From: Callorhinchus milii
Lineage: Eukaryota
Reading direction: 5' to 3'
DNA length: 64,000 nucleotides
Assembly: GCF_018977255.1 (NCBI RefSeq)
Contig: NW_024704743.1
Span: 56,546,001-56,610,000, forward strand
In this document: in pieces, positions 48,560-62,139 of the stretch
Numbering within the stretch: the stretch's first letter is position 1
How the letters are laid out: every line of letters starts with the position of its first letter
Notes under the pieces: generated by a model
Seen by the model: only the letters and a program-made list of their open reading frames with translations
Told to the model about the DNA's origin: nothing
Databases searched by the model: none
Translations under genes and position numbers: made by a program

Positions 48560-50895
48560 CAATTTACAACCTATTGTAGGAAAGCACACCAGTTAATGGC
48601 CTGGAAATTGTGCTTATTATGTGTTAATTATTACATTGTTGAAAATTATGCGAAGTTGATAACTAAAGACATTGCCCTGCTCCCAACTCTGTCATGATGG
48701 CTGAGCAAACCTGCTCACACCTCCCATTGCTATACTGAATTGCTGGTTTGAGGGATACCATACTTTTGGTTGAGTTAAGCCAATATCCAGCAGCTCGCTG
48801 ACTCTCCAATGTGCTCCAGCAGTCAGGCAGAGTCCAATAGAGTTATTCCATTGGAGATACATTTATTTAAAGATTGTGCAAAAATGAAAGTGTCATCTTC
48901 AATTTTGTTTAACCATGCATATTTTTGAAGCAATCAACATTGGTCAAATATTGCCTGGTAAAGAAGCCTTGTGGTAATGGCATGATTAATTTCTCTTGAG
49001 TTAGGCAAAATTTGCAACATCCACAATTCAATTTATTATTTGCTTGATATGGTCTTATACGCTGATGTCTTCTTTGAGTCAGAATTGACTAACCAGATTC
49101 CCGAGGGTCTAAGGGTGAACCCATCCCAGGATGCTAATCATCTCTTGAGGTTTTGATAGAGTTTAATGGCCTTCCCCTCAACGAGCAAAACCATGCATCA
49201 CATAATTCACATCATGAACCACACACAACAAGGACTAGAAACTTGCGAACCTTGAGCGAAGAAACATTGAAATACCAATACAAACCAAACAACAGTAAAT
49301 ACTGGACACACTATGAACATGTGTCCACACTCAAGCAAAACAGTAATCGTTTTGCACCCAATTCCTATGACAAAAATAGACCTCCAAATGAAAGGTACGC
49401 ATTTACATTTTATTCGACTTTAACTATGACAGTCATTGAACGTTAATGAGCCGCTTTGCATTTTGTGTGGCTGTTCATGTGCATTTATTAATGCTTCACA
49501 AAGACGTTGGCTCCAAAAGAAAGAAGTATTTCAAATGAAGAAAATCAATTTTCAATGTGTTTACAATGAAACCTCCCACACATGTCCTATTTTCGCACAG
49601 AGGATAATAATCTATGCATAATGAACAATTTACAATTTGTACAACACAGTGGAAGAATTATGTTCAGGAATAGATAACAACACAATGCCTCTGTTATTTG
49701 TGCAATATTTAGAAAGGTCATATGGCTTGTTGAAGGAAACAGAGAACACAATGCTTTTACTTATTTTCATTTTACTCCAATGTGATATTTGTGGTCTGTA
49801 AGTTTTGCTGTTGGTTCCAACTATGTTGTGCAATTGGTGCTAAAGGCCCGTTATAATGAAAAAGAGCAAACAAAACATCTCAAAGTGCTTCAGAAGTAAT
49901 TACCGTCAAGTGACTGTTTTGTGGGCAATCTTCTGCACAAATCCAGGTGCCTATCCAACATTAATACATGTTTTGAGATGTCCTCCTGAGGTGAAATATA
50001 AATGGAAAGTGTATTGTATGAATGAATTTTTGAAAATGATAGTTGCTAATGTTATGTTTATCCTGCACGTTAGGAGCAAATTGCTGGGATTATGATGGAT
50101 ATTCATTGCATATTCATGCAGTATAACTGGAGATTAAATCAGTATAAATCACACTGAAGGTACATGTCAGCGTTGGTCTCAGTGGTGTAAAACAGAATAA
50201 AATGATCAGCTGCCGCATATATGATACACTTTACAAAAATTATCAGCTTGAAAAGCACTTGCAATGGGGAGCATGTTCCTTTAATTGTGGAATTTATTTT
50301 TCATCAAGTCCATGAATTTATGTCTCTTCGAGATCGATGTACACACATTCTACTAACATTTATCTCTGACATGCTCAGATGGTAGATTTAATAATAATAA
50401 TCCTTGCATTTGATATAGCGCTTTTCACGTCGGGAGGACGTCCCAAAGCGCTTCACAGAACACACTGTAAAGTGAATTGACTGTATATTTGTGGGCGAAC
50501 GTGGCAGCCAATTGCGCACAGCAATGTCCCACAAACAGTCGTAGATTGAAAATGACCAATTTATTATTGTTTTTGGTTTTGGAGGGATTATTATTAGGTG
50601 TGTGGAGTAAGGAAACTTGCCCAAGGTTTCGCCCGGCCTGGAATTGAACTCAGGTCTCTCGCTTGCAAAGCGAGTGCTCTGAGCTACGGGACTCCACAGA
50701 TTTGTTGCAGTGGCACATCACACGAGAGTTGTGACATTGTGTGGGACACACAACAACTTCAGAATTTCCTTCAACAAGTTTGGAACAAGTTTGTAACTAT
50801 TTGGGTGAAAATAGATATATTGATATTCTTGTTTTGATTCCATACCTTGTGTTGTGCTGGATTTGTTGAGTGAGTTTGAATGGAATAAAAATAAT
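48560..50895 (+). mobile_element. Ancient L1/Tx1-clade ORF2 relic (RT to C-terminus and polyA signal)
   Basis: WKLCLLCVNYYI...LLPTL (cf. WRPISLLC.DY.I...LP), VRQ, LYAD (~49056), NGLPLN, FVW, RIYDT, NKFVTIW (cf. KF.KIW), then stop at ~50837 and aataaa at ~50884. Confidence 0.65.
50389..50698 (-). mobile_element. Young tRNA-Ala-derived SINE (short subfamily)
   Basis: Near-identical to 33622-33947 apart from a small deletion in the head. Confidence 0.95.
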
Positions 50896-52784
50896 CCTTG
50901 CGTTCAATGTCGTATCCTATCATGCCGTTCAAACATCTAAAAGTGTTTGACTATTTATTTGCTAGTAAATATAATGGACAATTTGCTCAAGCAACATTCC
51001 ATAAAGAATTCAGAGGATTTTTTTTAATGCAGAATGCCCTGCCAGGTGTGGTGGTCGAGGCAGAATCCATATTAGTTTTCAAGAGGAAACTAGAAAGAGC
51101 CAGCATAGACACGACCTTCTTCTGTGCTATAAGTTTCTATAGTTTTATGGAGAAAACTATTTGAGACCACATGCAACATTGTGCAGTTCATGAGTTACAT
51201 TGAACGTTAAAATATTTTACTCCAAGTTAGATATGGCGTGGATTTAATGAACGGAACGTCTCACGGAATTGGAATAAATCTCCCTCATTAGGAACAGGAA
51301 ATAGAATAATGTTTACATATTTCAATCCACCTAACAACTATGTGAACAATAAGATATTACTTTAATATGTGATTCATTATCTTGATGTCTACTTCTGAAG
51401 AATCAGTCCTTATTATACATTCTCTACATAATTTAGCGTTGTGAACATTGTTTAGTGATATTTGCTACATTTGAGGCTAAAATACTTTTTACAACTACAG
51501 TTGTATGACGATTCACAGAATCAACAATAATAATAACTTGCATTTAAATAGCGCCTTTCATCAGGTAGGTTTGATGACAAGCCGGAAAAAGAGGAGAGGT
51601 GACTGAAGATATGGTTGAAGAGGAAAATCTTGATTGAAGATGTGCAGAGAGAAGTTCAGTTAGAGGGAATGAGGCAAGGAGTTCCAGAGATTTAGACATG
51701 GTGACTGTGAATTACTCTTTCTTGATCTAAAAATACTGAGGCTAATAGTAGCAACAAGAAAAGCAACAACTTGCATTTATATAGTGCCCTTCATGGTAGG
51801 ATAATGATTCAGAGTGCTGAGATATGCTGAGTTTTAGTGCTGTTCGCTGCCCAGCATCAGTTATCTCAACAAATCCAGAGAGTTAATCTGAGACTTTTCT
51901 TAGTATACATGCCTCAGTAACAGCCCTAACTGCCCACTGAAACATCCATTGGAGGTGTCCTGAAAAGATGTTATTCAGACGCAAAGCCAGCAGATTAACT
52001 TATGGTAAACTCTGACAGCTGAAGGATCTGAGAGTAGCAAAATACATATTTCAGTCATTTTTTCTAGAAACCTTGGAGCATCAAGTCCACAGAGCATTTA
52101 AGTGGAGTTTTGTTTTAAAATCGAAAAGTGCGGTGTGAGAAATTGTATTGATTTTTTATTTGATATTTATGTTTTCAATCCATGATTGTTTGTGGGACAT
52201 TGCTGTGAGCAATTGGCTGCCATGATTCACCTACAAAATGTAGAGTCAATTCACTTGATATTATGTTCTGTAAGATGTCTCGAAGACTTGATAAGATGCT
52301 ATATCAAATGCAAGGATTATTATTATATGATCTACCCTACACCTGCGTCCTTCTACAATACTACAGACCTGGCTACTCAGCAAACACTGGCCTGCTTCTT
52401 ATCCCCACTCTATCCAATCCACCATCAATGGGTGAGGTTTTAGCCAATCTGCCCCTGTTTCCTTGAACTCCGTTCCCCTGTCCTCCCACTTTCAAGATCC
52501 ACCTCAAGATCTACCTTATTGACCTAACTCAATCATTCTTCCCATCCCCACCCTGGTCACTCCTATTCCTGGCTCAGGTGCCCAGTCAAATTGTATTCTA
52601 CGTCATAAATCAATAATTTGATCTAACACTATGAAACTTATCTCAATCAGGGTCAATTTATACATTAAATATTATTACATAAGTCAGCACATATATGTGA
52701 TTTCTACAGATACCAAGTTCATTCTAAAGCAGCATAAGCAAGGGCATTATGCTAAGGGCCTAGGATACCCCAGATTTGTTTTTT

Positions 52785-53319
52785 TAAAACTATAGTGATC
52801 ACCCCAACTTGGTTGGGTTCCTCAAACTTTAATCTGCCTGTGTGAATAATAAAGTATGTATCAAATCCCTAACTTAATTATTAATTAAACAGACTCTCAA
52901 CGCAGTCCTGACAATTTCACCAGAGCGAGATGTAAGTGCAGAAAATTAACACTTTGAGCACTGAAAGGCCATTTGGTGCAATTTAAAACTCCATTCTATT
53001 TTGGAGCCCATGTTGTGAATTACAGATACCTAATGCTTTGTGTTAGACCTGCCCACAATACTTTCTAACTGCACTTTTGACTCTGGCACTGAAACAATAA
53101 TTGCCAGTTAACTACAAGAATAGTCAAGAGTGTGACTTTACCGCCCCCACCAAGTCCATTACAATGACCAGGCCAGAAGCCATCTGTGGCAGACAGTTTC
53201 CCAGCTTGTGAATTGTATTCTAAAACTATAGTGATCACCCCAACTTGGTTGGGTTCCTCAAACTTTAATCTGCCTGTGTGAATAATAAAGTATGTATCAA
53301 ATCCCTAACTTAATTATTA
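52785..53319. repeat. Perfect 99-bp direct repeat (52785-52883 and 53221-53319)
   Basis: taaaactatagtgatcacccc...ccctaacttaattatta is identical in both copies, with a 337-bp spacer. Confidence 0.95.
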
Positions 53320-53500
53320 GGGCTCTGTGTCAACAGTTACATATGCTGCTCAGTCAGAAAAAGGTGTACAGTGGAGAAATTATCTTTAACTGCAGCCGAG
53401 AGGAATCTCCTTTTATAATAAAAAACAGCAATTTAAAGTTTGAAAGATACCAATGTTCGTCAGGGAAAGTTCTTCCACTTCTTGAGACTAAGCATTTTGA
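52900..53500 (+). mobile_element. Ancient L1-clade post-RT fragment
   Basis: ALKGHLVQFK (cf. L.GR...IK), HLWQ (cf. F.W), then a GG-LP-NF-like remnant. Confidence 0.4.
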
Positions 53501-55099
53501 TTCCATAATGCACTGGAGAATGACTTAGGCCAATGCCTTGCAGTTCTCCAGGATGGGAGGAAGTCTCAAGTAAATTCCGAGAAAGGGAACAAACTCCCCA
53601 GCTACCATTATAAATTTATAAATCAGGCAAGCACATTTTTCTCTTTGGTATGAACGACTTTCCTCTGTTTTGAAGGGCAATATCTACAGTGTTGAATTAA
53701 GAATGTGGACAGAGCTTTTCTTTATTCACTGCTTTGATGGAAATAAAGTTTAAAAAAACTATGTTTTGTATTCGGAACTGCCGACCCCTGAGGGTTAACC
53801 TATTTTAGAATCATTTTTGTTAACTGCCAAATGTATGTATGCATAAATTCCCTTTCTTCAAAGAAATTGCTAATCACTGCCTTATTTCTTCATAAATTAA
53901 TCAATAAATCCACGATAGAGCAATCCACCATGGAGCTGAATATGTAAGTGAAGTAGACCTTGTAATCATATTTAAAAGAGAGCTAAATATCTCCATGGGT
54001 ATCTTACAAGCGCAGGAGCTTTTAGGCAGTTTCTTAATTTAGCACGCCTTTTTTATATGACAAAGAAAAAAGAGCTTGGCCTATTTATGTAATATTTATC
54101 AGTAAATTAATATTTTAATTTGATTTTCTTTATAGTTAAAGAGCTTGTGGCATATCCATTTTACCTCCATATGTGCACTGATGTTAAATGGTATTAATTA
54201 CCATATTGTGCCTCCAGGTTGTGAGATAACAGGCACCAGTGATAGCTTATTTCTTGAGAGACTGGACAGCAAAGGTGACACTGGCACATTTTTTATTGAG
54301 AACCGAGGTGAAGCGACATGGACGAAGGTTGAAAGCAAGGTGTCAAGAAGGAATGGTTAGATGATGGCAAGCTTGGGTTTTAAAAGTCTACAACTTGCAA
54401 GAGGACGAGGAACATTATGGGAAGTAAGGAGTTCTACAGTCGTGAAGTAATCGGAAAGAATAGCAGATAGTTGGATGAGTTTACAACAGTGAGGATATAC
54501 ATGGGAGGAAATGTGTGCAGACTTTATATTTGGAAGAATAAGAAAGGAATGTTTGAAGGAAAAATTACTATGTATAGCGTATTGCTAAGATTGAGGAAGA
54601 CAAGAAAGAACATGATGGAGGGGAAGGGTAAAGAGGCAAGAGGTGACAAAAAAAAATCACCTACCAGAAAATAAGCCTTTTTCTTGCATTGTGTCCAGGA
54701 GTGCAAGCGAGCTACTGGAGCCTCCACCAACAATTTTGGAGCCTGCTTTACCAATGGAGCCGATGTAAGCATTGCATTTGTGCCAATAGTGAGGCGAAGA
54801 ATTTAACCAAATGCAAAATAATGTGATCTTACCACAATAAGGTACTGAGCAGTTTCACAGTACTAGAACTTCCCCCACCTTTCCCTATCTTAACAGGTCG
54901 GATTGTCCATACTTTACAGTCTCAATAATTAGGCTGAGTGGTTGACTAACAATCAACAATGCCTTGTGTAACTGTAGTCCTTTCTGGGTTTACCAGATGT
55001 GTCTCTTCTAAGTCAGTTAAACACAAGGAAATAAATGTCACTTAAACCTGTCTCTGATTTATCTTTTAAACCTGGAACTCATTTTTACTACTCTCAAAG

Positions 55100-57800
55100 G
55101 TGTGAACAGCAGATTCCAGGTTTGCTGAACTAATTGATCTACCAGCAATAATTTTAGACGGATGAAGAAAGACTGAAAGTGTAACAAATATGAGTAAGAG
55201 ATATCGGACTTGAGATGAGTTTAGTAATACTGTAAATTTTAGGATAAGAACAGCACAATAGTAGTTTCACAATAAAACTCTATTTCATTTACAGGCTTTG
55301 TTTTATTTTAATCTTAAATTTCATAGACGTTAAGATGAACGTTTCAGTATGTGATAGAATTTTTATTCTTTCATTGCTATATTTGGAAAATAAATCCTAT
55401 TGCACATTGATGAAAATATTTTTAAAAAAGCTTTACTTTCCGGGTCCTTGACTTATCTCATGGTTGGTTGAAAAAACAAAATGAGGAACTTCTTTACCTT
55501 GTTATGCTCCCAGTTTATTTTGGAAGGCGATTGTATTATGATCCGATGTTGCAGGCTTATGCCAATTAAACTAAAATATTTACGGACTGTGATTTAGATA
55601 ACCAGCAAGAAAAAATGACTGACTTTGATGTGACAAAGCAAGTTTGTTCTTTCTTACAGAGAAGCAAGCACAAATCCTATGAAGTCAAATTAAAAAGTCT
55701 CTGAATGATTCAAGAGAGTCCAAAAGCTCGACTGAAGAGAAGAACGATTTCTATGAAGTAGAAATGTTTCAAATTGTGCACAATATCTTATAACTGGTAG
55801 CTTGAGAATCAGTGATTTTCCAAACAATTACTAACAGAATGAAAGAACATCCTTTCCTGTGTTCTATTCTAAAATAAATCCTTCTTGATCTCGAGACACA
55901 ATATCCTGAAATTCAAATGTGTTTTGTATTAAGAACATCTGAATTCTCCTCAGCAATTCAAGATCTCAAACAACGTCCAGTGAGAAGTTTCTCATTTTAT
56001 TTTTAACATCTACCTTTAAATGCTTTCTTAAAAATGCCAGGTGCATCCTGAATTCAACTTGTCTAATGTTAAACATTGAGATTGCTATCAGAGGAGCTCA
56101 GACACATTGACAAAAAATCTGTGTCTCTGATTAATCCTTTGCACACCCAACTTCATATTTGTGATAAAACCCAAAAATACTGCAGATGCTTGAAATCTGA
56201 AACAAAAACAGAGATCGCTGATAACACTCAGCAGGTCAGGCAGCATCTTTGGAGAAAGGAAAGTGGGTCAACGTTTCGGGTTCACAGCCCTTTGTTAGAA
56301 CTGGGAGATGTTGGGAGGGAAAGGTTTTAAGGACTAACAGAGAGGGGAGGCGGGACAAGAAAGACAGAGCAGAAAATGGGGTGGAAGACAGGAGATGATG
56401 GGTTAAATGGGTGGTAAAGATGCAAAACAAAGGAGGGCAGTAGAGGCAGATCAGAGAGAGAAAAGGTGTGTCTGGGACCCAGAAGATGTGCTGATAGTCA
56501 CAGAAGAGGGGGGAGGTAAAGGTGAGCTGTTATGTGAGATGGAAGATGGGAGCTTTTCTTATGGTCTGAAGTGATTAAAAATTACATATTAGCTTACTGT
56601 ATATTCTTTTTATTTGAATAAATATATTTAATTTGCATCTCGTTCCAATCAAGTCACTGGATATTTTTCACATTATGAAAATATATGTCTGCTTCTCCTG
56701 TCAAATGAATTCCTTTTAATTGGTGTCTTTCTTGTTACAGTGCATTTCATCCATGGCTTCGGGGGGTGAAGCTGACTGGCCAAGAGCTTGGTCAAGATTT
56801 GGGTGGAAGGAGCTCTCCAGGAACTATAGGGCTGGATCTGAATCACACGACAGTCACTAAAACTAGGCCACCATCTTGGAGAGCCTAGGAAGAGTCTTGA
56901 AGCCCGGGTGTTCAGTGAAAACCTTTTTGGCCTCTGACCACAGTGCCAGGTAATGGTCGGAGAAACATACACCTCCCACTTTGAAGTGCTCCAGACATTA
57001 TGTGTGAAAGTAAGGTGAATAGATAAGACAATGCTTTACTTAAACCTGTGTCTTGTTTTGGAGCAACAAAAGAGCTCAAGATCATACAAACATTCCCTGT
57101 CAGCGGTACCTAAGCACACCGTCTCGTGGGCTGTAAGAATAATAATTGTTGGTTCAAAAGAATGTTGCCTTTCAAGTACTTTTACCCCAATATCCTGACA
57201 TGTGATACATAATTAAATACTGATGCAGTGCAATAAATGGTTTACATCAATATAACAGTTTTTGGTTACTTTCCACTTTGCTCCGTCATCATGTCTGTTG
57301 AACTTTTGCTAATCACAAACAATGAGTTATGCCCATTGAAAAAGAAAATCAATGCCAACAGCTATTTGCATACACCAGTTAAATAAATAAATATCTAACA
57401 GAGCTGATAAACAAGAAATAGCAGATTGACCTATGCTTTACAAATGTAATTTTGTTGTTGTTGTTGCAAAGGACTCTTGGGAAAGATGTCTGCCTCATCA
57501 TTGGTTCCTTAAGGCAAGTTTGTTAAACAGGTTTTAGTTTTATTGGCAGACAAATCACCAAGTTCATTCCATGTAATTATGGGGCAATCAAAGAAAAATC
57601 TTTCTCGCTTGACAGATCTAGTTGTTATACTTCAATCTTAGTTTAGTTGTTCAGCTTTCTGCGACTCCTCTTCATTGAGTTTATGAGGCTTCTGTTGAGA
57701 GAATGAGAACACCTCTTTTTCACCCGTTTGCTGACGCCTTGTAACAGAAAGAAAAACGATGATGAATTGATCCTATGTCGATGATAAGATCAATTTAACA
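55100..57800 (+). mobile_element. Ancient L1-clade ORF2 relic (linker, RT, post-RT, CCHC region), interrupted by a Penelope pLTR
   Basis: LPGP (~55438), RRTIS, DF...EHPFLCSILK, VLY, SEKF, PWLRGVKLTGQ/SLVK, NGRRNIHLP, SWERCL, NQRKIF and EHLFFT (cf. H.FW.C), in order. Confidence 0.6.
56165..56577 (-). mobile_element. Penelope-like element 3' end / pLTR with decayed minimal hammerhead
   Basis: Reverse strand: ORF end (NHFRP*), pyrimidine-rich UTR, then ttctaacaaagggctgtgaacccgaaacgttgac...agatgctgcctgacctgctgag. Confidence 0.8.
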
Positions 57801-57845
57801 ATCATTACAAAGTGCACCAAGGGCAACCTGCACGTTTAGCAAAAG

Positions 57846-59130
57846 GATCTCTACTTGGCGGAGGCTGAAGGCCAACTCTCTGATAAATCCTCCTACCTCC
57901 CCCTGGTCTATGACCCCATAACTGAACACCAAGCCATTACACCGAGTCCATCAATGACCTCATCTCCTCTGGAGAACTTCTCTCCACAGCCTCCAACATC
58001 ATAATCCTCCGACAACAACAAGATTTCATTTATAGAGCGCCTTTCACGTCGGGAGGAAGTCCCAAGGCGCTGCACAGTTGAGTCGGGACCCGAGCCTTGG
58101 GGGGAAATGGTCAGGGTGAGGGGAGGGAAGGGAGGGAGCGAGGAGGGGGGTAGAGAGTCGAGAGGGGAGCTGAAGGCCGGTCAAAGAGAAAGGTCTTGAG
58201 ACCGGCGTTGAAGGAGGAAAGGGAGGAAGCAAGGCGAAGGCACTGGGGGCTGGAGTTCCAGAGCCTCGGGGCTGAGAGGCTGAAGGCCCGGCCACCGATG
58301 GTAGGGCGGTTGAGTCGGGGGATGTGGAGCAGACCGGAGCCAGAGGAATGGAGGGTATGGGCAGGTAAGTAGGTCGGAGAGGTAGGAGGGAGCAAGGCCG
58401 TGAATGGCCTTATAGGTGAGGATGAGGATCTTGAATTCGATCCTCTGGGGAATGGGGAGCCAGTGGAGGCGAGTGAGGGTGGGAGTGATGTGGTCGCGAA
58501 GCCTGGTGCGGGACAGTACACGAGCTGCAGAGTTCTGAATGACCTGCAGCTTGTGGAGGGAGGTGCCGGGAAGACCGGTGAGGAGAGAGTTCCCATAATC
58601 CAGCCTTGAGGTGATAAAGGTGTGGACCAGTGTTTCAGCAGCGTGAGGGGTGAAGTAGTGCCGTAGTCTGGCGATATTCCGGAGGTGATGGAAGGCGGTG
58701 CCAGTTGTGGCGCGGACATGAGGAAGAAAGGACAGCTCAGGTTCAAACAGAACAACGAGGTTCCTGACTGGTTTTGAGAGGTGGAGAGTGCAGCCTTGGA
58801 TGTTGATGCTGTCAGCGCCCTACCCATACAGCCCGCCTCTACCTCCTCCCCAAGACCCACAAACAGGACTATCCTGGTAGACCTATCATTTCAGCCTGTT
58901 CCTGTCCCACTGAACTAATCTCCTCATATGTGGACTCCCTTTTAGGTCCCGTTGTGCAGGCCCTACCAACCTATATCTGACACACTCCGCCACTTTAACA
59001 ATTTCCAGTTCCCTGGCCCTGACTGTCTCCTATTTACAATGGACATTCAGTCCCTCTACACCTCCATCCCCAGTAGGATGGCCTGCAGGCCCTCCTCTTC
59101 CACCTCAAACAGCGGCCAAACCGGTTCCTC
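57846..59130 (+). mobile_element. Penelope-like RT fragment split by an L2 (57846-58010 and ~58822-59130)
   Basis: DLYLAEAEGQLSDKSSYLPL..DP..EHQ...ASNII, then ARLYLLPKTHKQDYPGRPIISACSCPTELISSY and LFTMDIQSLYTSIP. Confidence 0.9.
58011..58820 (-). mobile_element. Young L2 3' fragment (~0.8 kb)
   Basis: ORF 58111..58860 ends IGGRAFSLSAPRLWNS...FNAGLKTFLF; reverse tail at 58011. Confidence 0.96.
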
Positions 59131-59349
59131 AGATACATTGACAACTGTGTTGGGGCTGCTTCCTGGTCATGCACTTAGCTGGAAAAATTAGAAGAATTAG
59201 AAAAATTATTATTATTGTTGCTGTTTGCAAATTGGCTGTTACATTTATCTACATAATCACTACACTTTACAGAAAAATGTATGAAGCGCTTTGAAATGCT
59301 TTAATATGATAAAGTGCTATATAAAATGCTAGCAACAATTATAAATATT

Positions 59350-60410
59350 GCTGCTCATACATTAGTGTACATCAGAATCATTCTGCAAGGACAATTTGCC
59401 AGTAATATCATAATCGTTTTGCATAGATTTCACCAAACCTTGAAAATGCTATTTCATTCATTTCTCATGGTAATATATGTCCAATGGAATGTAATTGTGC
59501 AAATTTATCAGTTTAATAGCCAAAATGACTGAACCTTTGTTAACGTATCTGATCTTTCCTGCTGGTGGAAAATATAAGGAAATAAGGAACTGAACTAAAG
59601 CAAAAATGCAAGCCACTAAAGGCATCTCATTGAAAAAATGAAAAGATTGATGGGTTCCAAAAATAGGTTGCTTATGATTATTTGGGTTATCTGCTGATGC
59701 CTATCATACCATTATGCAATAAGATTTACTGCCTTTTGGAGTTCAAGAGAGAAAATGAAGGGAGAACACTCCTCCCACGTATAAAACATTGCACAATCCA
59801 CGACAGTTGGTTTCATTTCACAAGGATTCTTACACCAGTTCATGGAATTTATAACAATTAGAATCATTTTATTTAAGATGTTCACATTCATTAAAGAACA
59901 AATATTTGTCTGGGTTAATTGATACTTACATCAAAGATGAAAGGCCAGTGTCCCATTAGCCATCTAATAACCTGACACAATAACTTTGAGCCATAGTGCA
60001 AAAGATTTCTTATTCCTTGTAAAGTTTACTTTGTATCATGATTTTTATGAAAACGTGTATGTAAAAGAAGAAACATAAGTATTGCAATGTAAGATAATTG
60101 TTTACAGAATATTCTACAGCATATAGAACATCTTTTAATGATGAAGAGAAAGAGAATGATATATTAAAGACAAGGTAAAAAAAATACTGATATTTGTAAT
60201 ATTCAGGATGTATTTTTAGATTGCCTTGTTTTCAATTCAAAATAGACACAACTATTATATTCTTGTATTTTTTTTACTCGGGTTAGACTACTAATACTAC
60301 CATCTGTGCATTGAAATTTATTGCAACTTCTTAAAACAATGATTTTTAACTGTACAACATTCAAAACCAGGTTGATGTTTTGTCTTCCTTTCTCAAACAT
60401 TGGATGTCAA
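59350..60410 (+). mobile_element. Ancient L1-clade post-RT fragment
   Basis: DYLGY (~59677) and IFVWV (~59902), in the expected order. Confidence 0.4.
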
Positions 60411-60416
60411 TTTCAC

Positions 60417-60780
60417 AACAAGAACAATAACTGCATTTATATAGCACCCTTCATACAGGGTAGCGTCTTGGAGTGGTTAAAGGTTAGAAATGCATGTTCA
60501 AAACAATCAGGAATGGGTTACCAGAAGAATTCCTTTAGGGATTTGTTCAAAGGGCTTCAAAAATGGCAGCTGAAACCTCACCCAGCAATAATCGGGTGGG
60601 ACACATGAACCGGGCTGGTGCTTGTTGAATGGAGGGACTGGCCACGTGGTTGGGGTTCAGTAAGTCACCGAGGTAGGATGGGGCTTGGCTGTGGAAGGAT
60701 TCAAACATGAGGGCAAGGATCTTGAATCTGATCCACGGGTAGATGGAGAGCTAGGGGTACCAAGCAAGGATAGGTGTGAT
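60417..60780 (-). mobile_element. L2 3' fragment (older)
   Basis: Reverse tail and gcaaggatcttgaatctgatcc (antisense of the IRFKIL motif). Confidence 0.8.
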
Positions 60781-60784
60781 AACC

Positions 60785-61310
60785 CAAACCCACTCCTCGT
60801 CAATCTCCCCACCTCCACTATTCAAAAAATCCACCTCTGCTGCCCACATATTTACCTGGACCAAACTCTGTACCCACATTTCACCAGTTCCGGCCAGGCT
60901 CCACTGGCTCTCCATCACTGAACGGATTGACTTCAAGATCCTCAGACTCATGTTCAAATCCCTTCATTCTCTGGCACTTTCTTGCCTCTGCCAGCTCCTC
61001 ACTCCTCAATCCACCACCCGGTGCCTCCGCTCGACTGGCACCACCTCCTGCTCGTCCCTCGCACCTTCCGTCCCACCATCGGAGGTTGCGCTTTGCCATT
61101 ATGCCCCGAAAATCTGGAAGACTCTCCATCAGTCCCTCCATCTTACCCCCTCTCTTCCCTTTTTCAAGCCCCGCCTGAAAACCTTCCTCTTCGACCATGC
61201 TTAAGGCACCTCCCCGCACCTGGCTCGGAGTCAGGCTCCGCCACTGTTAAGCACCCTGAGATATTACCCTGCATGGAGTGCACTGTATAAGTGCGAGTTG
61301 TTGTTGTTGA
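60785..61310 (+). mobile_element. L2 3' fragment
   Basis: HISPVPARLHWLSITERIDFKIL...LKTFLF (ORF 60776..61204) and a (GTT)n tail. Confidence 0.92.
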
Positions 61311-62139
61311 TAACCATATGGATGATTTGCAGCTTGTGTAGAGGGTAGCTGGGGAGGTTGTAGCAAAGGTGGGTGGTGTTGTGGAGGTGGAGAAAAGCTG
61401 ACTGATGGAGAACCCTGGTGGTTAAAGGACAGTCTGAGGTTTTTCACTGGCTCTGTGAGATGGAGTGTGAATCCATGCAGATGGATGTGGTCAGTAGCTG
61501 AGGTGAGAAGGCACTGAAGGAGCCAAGGAAGAGATCCTTATGAGCCTCGTAGGTTTCATGAGCCATAAAATGGAAAAATAAATACAATAATCAGTAAGGT
61601 TGTTGATACTGTTAAAACAGTAGCATTTGAAACACATAATCATGAGGGAAACGATACCAGATGTGTTTTAACATGTAATAGTAGAACAGGTTGCTGCTAG
61701 CACTCGACCACAGCTTACATTTTTATATTTAATTGAAAGATGACAGAATTCAGTAGCTGGAGTAGTTCTGCAGGAGTGTGAATAGATTTATACTGGGAAA
61801 ATTTAAATTGGTAGTTAGATGTGCAGAGACAAACTTATCTTTGGGAAACCCCAGGGCAGATTGGTCATAGAAATGAATCCGTACATCTATTGCTACATTC
61901 TCCCATGTGGCTGAAATCTCAAGTGTCTATTTTTTATTGACTTAAAATAAAATACATTTGGAAAACTGGGAGAATGAAAATAAAATTGTTGTCATGGGTC
62001 ATTTTCATTTCACGAATAACAGGGATGCATCCCATTTAGATTCTTAACAGTTCACTCAGTGAGTAAAGATATTAAACAAATGACACAGGCAGCAAATATT
62101 ACACCGCTTCCTAAACTCAATGTTACGGATGAGAATTTG

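Noticed and set aside
57638..57737. Candidate - strand terminal exon (RQQTGEKEVFSF...LN*) with a downstream AATAAA
   Set aside because: No protein recognised, weak AAG acceptor, no supporting upstream exons, and the + strand reads EHLFFT of the L1 CCHC region.
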